Shown piece by piece: positions 53,994 through 64,000 of a stretch of 64,000 nt of DNA. Source of the DNA: the human T2T-CHM13v2.0 reference genome, Homo sapiens; the NCBI GenBank assembly GCA_009914755.4, contig CP086569.2, positions 15,264,001 to 15,328,000 of the forward strand, in the 5' to 3' direction. The notes below the pieces were generated by a model. It saw nothing but the letters and a program-made list of their open reading frames with translations. It was not told the origin of the DNA and ran no database searches. Numbering within the stretch: the stretch's first letter is position 1; each line of letters begins with the position of its first letter. Position numbers and translations under genes: made by a program.

Positions 53994-56900
53994 CACCACA
54001 CCCCTATGAAGTATATGTTACAATTTTTCCCATCTTACAGAGAAGGAAAAGCAGCAGCTCCTACATTAACACAGGTTGTAAGAGGCAGAGTGAGAATCTG
54101 AAGGCAAGTCTGTCTTTAAAGGCTATAGACTTATGCACTAGGCTATACTGGGCTTCAAAGCCCAGCTTCCTCTAAAGCACCTGCCCATGCTGGTGCTCTG
54201 AGAGTCACAGCAGGATGCAATTCTAAAAATTTTAATCATCTACTAGGAGTACAATCCTGGTAAAAGAACACTTAAAGCATTTTGAATCTGCTTAAAACAC
54301 TGGCCTCAACAATTACCACCTGAGACATTGAGAGAATGTGTTGATGACATCAAAGAATATTGCCATCTTTGAAGAACCTTTATCAATGGGAAGGTTGAGA
54401 ATATATAAGAATGGGAATACCATAAAAACTTCTTTTATGGCTTTGACCTAAAAAAAATTAAACGTAATTATCGACTCGTGAATAATCTCATGATTAGTCC
54501 TATTTATTTGTTACTGTGTTCATAATAATATAATAGACACCCACACAAAAATACACTTTTAAAAATAACTGATTTTTGATATTTGGTTCCTCTATTCTAT
54601 CTCCCTGTATTCCTCTCTCCAGAGAAGCTGTTTTCCTAAATCCCGTATTTATCACTTTCTTGCTTTGTTTTGTACTAAGTCTTAACTGAAGAACTATGTA
54701 TTTCTAATACATACACATTCATATAATATTTATGTTTACTGCTTAATTTCTATTTAGTTTTTTTAAACTTTATTATACCATGTTGAGTGCTTAAGCTTTT
54801 GAAGAATATGAGCATTTTTCAATAATTTCTCTCATGACCATTTATTAGATCCCACTGGACTCTACGAAACCAAGTTAGGAAACTAAAGCCAGTCCTCCAC
54901 TTGTTTTTCTAAAGATAGCTATTGTAAACCCATTTGCTTACATATTGACAAGGGCTGGGTTTTTGAAAACAGCACAGCTGGGTAGCTGTAGCAAAAATCT
55001 TATGGCCTACAAAGCCAAAAATGTTTATCGTCTGCTGGTACAGAAGAAAGGCACTGACCCCTGCTCCACCATATTTTTACAAAGATAAACAATGGAGAGT
55101 CTCTGACAACAAGGAGCCCTCAACCCAGAATGATACAGATCTAAGAGTAGCATGAAATGGAAATGGAATGCAGTGGACACCATTTGCATAGCAAGGACAG
55201 AGCATGTGGACAAAAAGGAGGATGTGTCTTGCCATTCCCAGAGGAAGTTAAGAAAGTTTCAATCAAAAGATGACGCTGACTGCGGCAGGAGATAGAGAGG
55301 CCATTGGAAAGAGGTGGGAAAGTAGGGAAAGAAACAACAAAGAAGGTAAGAAGGATGTGGATATAGGAAAGGAATTGCTTTATCTTGAAAACCAGAATAT
55401 CATTTGTCCTATAGGAAATACAGAAACAAATACAGAAGGACTACCATTCTTCTCTCTGCTTCTAAGAGTTTGATATTTTTAGATTCCACAGGTAAGTGAG
55501 ATCAGGCACTGAGGAGTTGTTGGTGAGAGAATACAAAATTTCAGTTAGACAGAAGTAATAAATTCAAGAAACACACAGTTAATGTATGCTTGAAAACTGC
55601 CAAGAATGTAGATTCTTAAATGTTCACCCTGTTAAAGCAAACTAAATATGGCCTGAGAAGGACTCCGTACTTCTATATTTGAGACCTTGTGGATGAACTG
55701 TAACCTAGCTTAATAGCCAGAAAAAATTGAAAACCTAACTTAATAGTAAGCACCTGTAACAACAGCTGAGTGTAGCCAATCCCAGTGGCCATACTTCAAC
55801 CACTTGTAAACAGCTGAATATTCAAACTGCATTCAAATCAGGCAAATGCTGAGTTGTAACTAATTTTGCAGTTTCTGTACCTCACTTCTGATTCTTCTAT
55901 GTCATTTTACCTATTTGTCTGTATATTTGTTCTGACCATGAGGCACTGCTGGAGTCTCTGTGACTCTACTGTGATTCTCGGGGCTGTCTGATTGGCAAAT
56001 TGTTCATTGCTCAATTAAAGTTCTTTAAATTTAATTTGGCTGAAGTTTTTCTTTTGTTAGCCCTGCCAAATAAATAAGTAGATAAATTCATTGATATGTT
56101 ACTTTGATTTAACTGCTTCTCAATGTACACATATATCAAAACATCACAATGTATACTGTAAATACATATTATATATAATTTTATTTTTCAATTAGTCGTT
56201 GAATAGAAGGACCCTCTATTTACTGGCAACACCCCTTATACTGATGACATCAGTTTCCTCTACAAGGGAGTTCTAGTGGCCCACAACCTCCCATCCTGAG
56301 CAAAGAGAATCACTGAATTAAATTGTCTAGTTTACTAGATTATTATGCTGGGTACTTTGGAAATATTACTATTTGCAGAGAAGTAAATTCCTCCCTATGT
56401 TTTGAACAATAGGCTTTGCATTACTTCAAATCATTGATTCACATGGCAATTCCATTTTTCTCCCAAAAATATTTATTGATATCTCCCCCCTACCAAAACA
56501 ACAACAACTGTGGTTCTATAGCATAACTTGGCATGGCCAATTAATCCAAGGAGGGTTGAGAAGTATAAAGTGATCTCAAGTTTAACAAACCTTAGTTTGC
56601 TTATACTAAGAAAATATCTGATGTGTCATACAGGAATTATTTTGGTAAAATAGATGTACTTGAAGGAGGTTGGTATGGAAGAATAAATTCTCCAGCCTCT
56701 GTCCGGGAGAGATATCTCAGAAAAGAATAATTTCTAAAAACACTGAAAAGTTACAAGGAGCTTTTATATAAACTGCCTCTTGCAAAACAGGGTAGTTGCA
56801 GCTACAAGTAAATGGTGGTGGTTTCTGTACCATCTGCATCTGTCGTATTTATTTCCCTAAAAACCCTGAGTACTTTTTTGAGGAAGCTGATGGATACATC

Positions 56901-57189
56901 CATGGGTACACAACTGTGAATCTGACTATCTTACACAAAGCAGGAATTCCCACACAAAATTGAACCTGAGAGATTGGTTAGGGATTTGTCCATTCAACTG
57001 TGTTTTGTAGTTGATGATTTCTACATAAAATTAAGAAAGAGATGTATTAATAAACAGGTCTTTTTTTCTTGAATACTAAATACTTGTTATTTGTCAAGGT
57101 AACAGAATCGCTGTGGTGTGTATGATATTTATTATGAATGTGCACGTATTTAAGGGTTATTGATTTTATTATAGAATACACAGGTTAGA

Positions 57190-57464
57190 GGCCAGGCATG
57201 GTGGGGCACACCTATAATCCCAGCACTTTGAGAGGCCATGCTGGCAGATCACTTGAGACCAGGAGTTTGAGACCAGGCTGGCCAACACGGTAAAAACTGA
57301 ATCTCTAATAAAAACACAAAAATTAGCTGGGAATGGTGTTGTGCACCTGTAGTCCAACCTACTTGGTTGTCTGAGGCAGGAGAATCACTTAAACCCAGGA
57401 AGCAGTGTTGCATCGAACCAAGATTGTACCACTGCACTCCAGCAGGGGTCAAGATTTTGCCTCA

Positions 57465-57507
<43 letters not shown>

Positions 57508-57508
57508 G
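57190..57508 (+). mobile_element. Alu SINE with (AAAT)n tail
   Basis: ggccaggcatggtggggcacacctataatcccagcactttgagaggcc...; tail (aaat)11. Confidence 0.9.
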
Positions 57509-58391
57509 AATCCCCAGGGTACAGACTATGAATATGCCTCAGAATTCAGATGTATCTAAATCCTGGTTGAGGGAGGAAAGAAGATGAGAGTAGAAAGCAT
57601 CGTGAAGCTTTAGAAGTGGCAGGACCACACATTTGTGTATTTATTCATGTGCTGAGCCAGGGCCATACAGGCAGAGAACTGCATTGGCTAAAGCAGATGT
57701 TGTGAAGACAAGTACGCTCTGCAGCAGAGCTGTGCTTTTCTTATCTCATGTTATATATAGCAAACTATAAGGCTGATGAACACTTGGCAGTCTGTTCAGA
57801 AAACACCAAAACTTACTTCTAATTTGTGAAAAAATAAATATAAAATTTCAGCGATGTATTATGACAACTCTTATTCTAGTTTTACAGACAGCGGCCATTC
57901 TTGGTAGTTGTCAAAATATTGGAATGTCAAAATATTTTTAGAGTATTTCACTTGAAAAATATATATTCTGCACTTCTCATACTATGAAGTTTATGATATA
58001 ATTCACTGTCATCACTATGGAGTTAGTTCTTTCTTTGATGCCACTTCAACTTCACTTACTTTTAAGTGATTCTTTCTTTCACACTTTTTCTAAAGAGTGG
58101 GTGATTATAAATCGTTCTGATTTTATTCCTTAATATATTGCTCCACATTCCTAGCTAAATCATGCGACTGTGTGCTAAGAACTTCATGCTCATCCAATTC
58201 ATTCATTCTTTTACTTGAGTTTTGAATCAAAAATAGAATTTTATTAATCCAAACATTGTAATCTACCAGGTTCAGTTTTTACTAAAATGAAAGACTTTTA
58301 TTGTTGATTTTTAAAGGAAAATTTTATTTATTATTTATAATTTGTTATATTTTTATATCAAAGTTTTACAACTTTGATTTCAAAGAGAGAA

Positions 58392-58510
58392 ATCTCTTTC
58401 TTTCCTGTCTCTCTTCCCTCCTTCCCTTCTTCCCTCCCTTCCTCTCTCTCTCTTTTTTTCTCTCTCTCTCTCCCTCCCTCCCACCCTCGCTCCTTCCCTC
58501 ACTCCATTCC
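58392..58510. repeat. Polypyrimidine (CT-rich / CCCT) tract, ~120 bp
   Basis: tctttctttcctgtctctcttccctccttcccttcttccctcccttcctctctctctctttttttctctctctctctccctccctcccaccctcgctccttccctc. Confidence 0.9.
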
Positions 58511-58732
58511 AGATTTAGAGAGGCTTGCTCGTTTGGGGTTGCCCACTGATACTCCAAACCATCTGCCATGCCACTACAGGTCTAACAAGCTTTGAGGTTG
58601 CTGAGTATCTGGGTAATGAGGACTAACTACATAATATTTTATTAAGTGAGGATGGTTATCAAGATGAAGACTCATGAGGGAAACCTCATCACACTGGATA
58701 TTAAAATATGAAACAAATTTGCTATCAAAACT

Positions 58733-59026
58733 GGCGTGTTGGTTCACACTTGTAATGCCAGCACTTTGGGAGACCAAGGCAGGTGGATCACTTGAGTTCA
58801 GGAGGTTGAGAGCAGCCAGGTCAACATGATGAAATCCCATCTCTACTAAATATACACAAATTAGCCAGGCATGGTGGTGCAAGCCTATAGTCCCAGCTAC
58901 TAGGGAGGCTGAGGCAGGAGAACTGCTTGAACCCAGGAGCGGAGATTGTAGTGAGCCAAGATAGCCTCACTGCACTCCAGCCTGGATGACAGGGGGAGAC
59001 TCTGTCTCAAAAAAGAAAAAAAAAGA
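58733..59026 (+). mobile_element. Alu SINE
   Basis: ggcgtgttggttcacacttgtaatgccagcactttgggagaccaaggcaggtgg... Confidence 0.9.
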
Positions 59027-59599
59027 TAAAAAGACTATCAAATTGGCATAAGAATAAAGAAAGTAGTGAAACAATAGAAAGTAGAGAAATAGAGCCAAGG
59101 ATATATAGAAATGTAGTAAAGGATGAAGTCAGACTTAATATCATTTAGGCAATAGTGGACTTAAAAAAAAATGGTATTATGACAAATATGTCCAGCCATT
59201 TAAGAAAAGATACATTTAGACCCAACCATCTTACCATACTCAAGACAGAATCCCCAATGGAACATAGATCTAAATTTTTTTAAAATAAATGAACTGCAAA
59301 AGAACTAGCAGGAAAGCTGAAATTTTTTTTCTATGACCTGATAGCAGGGAAATGGCTTTTTGTAACACAAAACTCATATCAATAAAAAAGACTGATAAAT
59401 TTAAGTACATTTTAAAAAATTCTACATTGCATAAAATCCCATAAGTTAAGAAAAAAGCCAGTGACAACATGAAAATATTTGCAGGATTTATAAGTGGCTA
59501 ATAGTCCCAATATATAGAAACTTGTAAAAAAGGGGGAAAGAGATTTTTTAAGAATAGGTGAAAAGCACAAACAAATAACTAGCAAAAAAAGATATTCTA

Positions 59600-59885
59600 A
59601 TAAAACAAACACGCAACAGAAAACCAAATATGGCATGTTTTCACTTATAAGTGGGAGCTGAATGATAAGAACACATGGACACATAGAGGGGAACAACACA
59701 CACTGGGGCCTTTCAGAAGGTGAGGATGGGAGGAGGGAGAGGATCAGGAAAAATAGCTAATGGGACTAGGCTAAATACTTGGGTGATCAAATAATCTGTA
59801 CCAAAAACCTCCAGGACACAAGTTTACCCAACAACAATTCTGCCCTTGTACCGCTGAATATAAAACAAAAGTTAAAAGCCATCAA
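59600..59885 (+). mobile_element. L1 3' end fragment (older subfamily)
   Basis: cagaaaaccaaatatggcatgttttcacttataagtgggagctgaatgataagaacacatggacacatagaggggaacaacacacactggggcctttcagaaggtgaggatgggaggagggagaggatcaggaaaaatagctaatggg... Confidence 0.75.
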
Positions 59886-61531
59886 ATTAGAAAAAAAATT
59901 GACGTTAAGCATATGAAAAAATGTTGAACTTTACTCGCAGTGTAAGGAATGCAGATGTGTACAGGGGAGGCTTCTCACGAATTTTCATTACAAAAGGTTG
60001 CTTTTTTGATAAAAAGAATCAGAAATGGTGGGAGCAGTCAGGGTCAATACTGCAGTTGACTTGTGGGTATTCCTTTGTCTTTTGGAGATTTCAGCTAATC
60101 CAAGCAGTCTTGAAACCACTGATATTCTCTTGAATTTAACTTTTATACACTTGGAAATACACAGGCCAACACACTCAATATTTGCATTGCAAAAATGCAA
60201 AAAGCTACCTTGATTTTTCATTACTGATAACATGAGTTGTTAAATTATCTCCTCTATAACTGAACATTATGAGTATTAGGTTTTTAGAGTGAAATGCTTT
60301 ATCATTGTTTTTATAAACAAATGAAAACCTGATGGAGAATTCTTTGGCTTGCTGATAATATATTTCACTTTCAAGTAAAGGTAATTTAATTTTCAGTTAA
60401 TCTCAGGAAAGGGACCGGCTGTCTCACATAAGTCCCTGTTGCCAATTTATATGTACTGTTGTTTCAAGTAATAATCTGACCCGAACTGCCATTAAAAAAG
60501 CACGTCTTTTACCAAATATTCTGTCTCCAAGTAACCCTTATGTCTAGCCTGATAGTTAACAAGAATTTTTGAATGCGTAAGAGCTGTCTGAAGTCTGTTT
60601 CCGTAAGAGTTAAAGAAAGAGGGAACATATATGAAAAGCAGCTCAACAGTGAAACACAGGTTTATTTTGGAGAACAAATATGAGAAGGGCTTCTGGCCGA
60701 TTTCAGCCAGGAGCACTCTCTCTTACAGACTAAGAGTATTTAAAGGTTCAGGGCTAGACAGTTTATGAGAGGCTTGGAATGCTTTTGTGTATGGAGCAGA
60801 AGTTTATGGCAGAGTTGGAATATATCTGGGCAGTGGGGAGGTTATCTTGGGGCTGACATCTCTCCAGCCAGAGGGGAGGTTATCTTGGGGCTGGCATGTC
60901 TCTTGCTGGGGAGGGGTTTATCTTAGGGTTGGAACATTTCTGGTTGAAGATGTCATTTGTAGTTTACGGTCATGCTGACATTAGCCATTAGGCTGATGCC
61001 CTTTGAGTTGGATTTAGATGGTTTTGGATCAAGGGGAACTTTAAAATGGTGGTGCTTATGCAAAATGGCAATGCTCCTGCTCTGTCAGTTTCTTGCTGTA
61101 AAATATACTGTTAAAACCAACTATGAGTGTATTATCATGGGTATAATTGATAATGGATTGTTAGTAAATCATTTTTTAAATTTCCTTGCAATGAAAGTGC
61201 TTTCTTACTTTTAATTGTTCCAATCAATGCAACATAAAAAGCTTTCTGATAAATTTTCTGTTGACAATGGTTAGAGATGGATAAGTACAGTAAAATCTTC
61301 ACTGGGCAAAACCTCCATGTTTTTATTTATCAAGATTCATGAGGAGGGGGCAAATATTTAGGATTTTAAACCATCAGACCCTAAAAAAGTTACAATGTAA
61401 CCCTGCCTTATTTTATTATGAAAGTATTATAAATTTATATAAATTGTTAATTAATTATGAGTCCATATAGGAGTGTCCTAACATAACTTTACTGTATAAA
61501 TATATCTTAATTTCTTTTAAAAATGAGTTTA

Positions 61532-61919
<388 letters not shown>

Positions 61920-62579
61920 TTAGATCATAACTATCAAACTATCATAAGTTAAAAAAATCTTGAAAGTGGATCGAATCAAAGTATTCTATGGTACAAGTCT
62001 AATTTTAGGCAATTTAGCTTTTTATTTTTACCTGCATCATGCTCTGCACCCATCCGCCATACACTTATATACCCATTGAGTCTATCTTGTGGCCTGTCAT
62101 GTAGAGGACTCTGGATTGAAAGTAAGCTATTGGTTTCTTGTCCTGAATATTTTTCTAAGTACTCTCAACTACCTGTACCTCAACTTTAACACCTGTAAGA
62201 TGAGATATGAGTTAGTCAACATCAGAGATGCCAAGTTGGATTCATCCAGTGTCAATCTACGATCAGCTACAATTGTCTACATTATATGCTTTGTTGAGAA
62301 GAAATACAGGCTTTGCTGGAAACAATACTGATTGTTTCATCTGCACAGAAGCCCCCAAAATAGGCTTGTAGTATATATTCCAAATACCTGCTCCCTGGGT
62401 CCTTCAAATGTCTAGTTAACTTTCTGTGTGTGGTATGTGTGTTTAAGTGTAGAAGCGAAGTTTTTGTGTATTTTTAGGTCTATTTCACAAGTCTCTATTA
62501 TGTTTCCTTGACCTGTTTGTCTATCTTCATGGCAATATTGTGATGTCTTTAATACTATAGCTTATATATATCTTAAAAT

Positions 62580-63330
62580 TAAGTAGTATTACACCTTCAA
62601 ATTTGTTCTTCTTTTTTATTTTTTTGTAGCTATTCCAGGCTATTACAATTTACGTACAAATTATAGAATAAATTTGTCAATTTTGAGAAATAAAATTAAC
62701 TGGGATTTTGACTGGGATTGTGTTGAATCTACCAATTCATGTGGGCAGAACAAATATCTTGAACACACTGGGTCTTCCTAACTGCGAGCAAAGTATATCT
62801 CCCCATTGATTAAGGTTTTCTTTAACTTCTCTCAGTAACGTTTTGTAGTTTTCAGTGTACAAGGCTTTCTTGCATGTCTTCTGTAGGAATTATCCTAAGA
62901 ATTTCATATTGTTGATATGTTTGTTGTTAACATTGTTTTCTTAATTTCTATTTTCAAATGTTCATTGCTAGCATATTTATTTTTTGTCTGTTGATCTTTA
63001 TCTTGAAATCTTCCTAAAGCATTTAATAATTCTAGTAGCTCTTTGATATATTCCATCAGATCTTCTGCGTGGATGAGCACGTCATCTGCAAATAAGACAG
63101 TTTTGACTCTTCCTTTCCAATATGGAGAATTTTTATTTTCCTTATTTTACCAGCTGCAATCTCTAGTAGAATGGTGAACAAGTTGTGAGAGCAGATGGAC
63201 TTGTCTTGTTTCCAAATAGCAGTAGAGGGAAAGAATAATTCACCATTATGTTATTAGTTGCAGGTTTTATGTAGATGCCCTTTATCAAGTTGAGAACATT
63301 TATTCATTTTCCAATTCAGATAACAATATT
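62580..63330 (-). mobile_element. Old L1 (L1M-like) ORF2 fragment
   Basis: ...gatcttctgcgtggatgagcacgtcatctgcaaataagacagttttgactcttcctttccaatatggagaatttttattttccttattttaccagctgcaatctctagtagaatggtgaacaagttgtgagagcagatggac... is the antisense of the L1 RT region (cf. L1 ...atgtcatctgcaaacagggacaatttgacttcctcttttcctaattgaat...). Confidence 0.65.
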
Positions 63331-64000
63331 AAAAATCAGGAATGTACACTGAATTTCAGCAATTATTTTTATTCAAATGTTAAGGTGATCTTGTTTAATG
63401 TTAGTATGGCATTGATTGGTTTTAATGTTAAAACCACCTTATATTTTTAGAATGATCCTTTCTGATCATGATTTAATTAACTTTTTATGTAGTTTTGCTA
63501 CAATTTGCTAAAAATACACTGAGAAATGATTTCTCTATGATTATAAGGAAGATTGACCTGTTGTTTTATTTCTTTATGCTGTCTTTTGTGCAATTTTATA
63601 TGACAGCACACATTCACTTTTCTTTCCCAGAATGTGCTATCATTGTAATTAATTTTAGTTTTAAATATCTTATAAACCTCATAATACATTCTTATTATTT
63701 TGTTTAGTCAATCATCTGTATAAAACACTTAAAGATAAAAATCTTATAATTTTATCAATTATCTAGCATTTATGGTGCTCTTCCTGCTTTTGCATACAAT
63801 CCAGATTTCCACCTAATATCAGTCCCTCTTCCTAAAGGAATTCTTTCAACATGCATTGTACTGCATGTCTGCTGATCATGAATTCTTTCTGGTTTTAAAC
63901 ATTGGGAAATGTCTTTTCATCACCTTTGTTTGATTAAAGATATTTTTGCTGGGTTGTATATTATGTATACATATATGTATATTATGTATACATATATGTA

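Overview
This window looks like human (catarrhine primate) genomic DNA. It is AT-rich, CpG-poor and dominated by interspersed repeats. I found no CpG island, no tRNA or rRNA gene, no prokaryote-style operon and no CRISPR array. I cannot support any host protein-coding exon from sequence alone; intron/exon prediction is not feasible by eye. Every long ORF in the six-frame track is explained by a retroelement coding remnant or by translation of simple repeats.

The main recognisable features are:
- about 20 Alu SINEs;
- one essentially full-length but ORF-disrupted L1PA-type LINE (28675-34672, minus strand) with target-site duplications;
- several older L1 3' fragments, including an inverted pair of L1 3' termini;
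- a betaretrovirus-like (HERV-K HML-type; the LTR resembles the MER11/HERVK11 = HML-8 family from memory) provirus on the minus strand at 17512-24061. It has a 5' LTR, a Lys-like PBS, gag, a pro ORF with a dUTPase-like segment, and env. Almost all of pol is missing, and it lacks the env tail and 3' LTR, being cut off where it abuts a MaLR (THE1/MST-like) LTR;
- a solo LTR of the same MER11-like family at 52914-53993, flanked by a 6-bp direct repeat;
- a HERV-H 5' end (LTR7-like LTR, His-like PBS and the repetitive leader) at 1480-2630 on the minus strand, probably continuing out of the window;
- three MaLR LTRs;
- many microsatellites and minisatellites.

Features not explained by simple TE insertion:
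- a ~260-bp inverted duplication whose arms lie 2.5 kb apart (46625-46880 and 49354-49625);
- a tail-to-tail L1 palindrome (10845-11163);
- an Alu inserted into a long GA-rich purine tract;
- inverted TATC/GATA arrays with a 232-bp tandem duplication.

I do not see a novel biological system here. The most interesting object is the pol-deleted, 3'-truncated HML provirus, which retains some of the longest intact ORFs in the window. All coordinates are approximate (about +/-10 bp), and family names are from memory and not database-verified.
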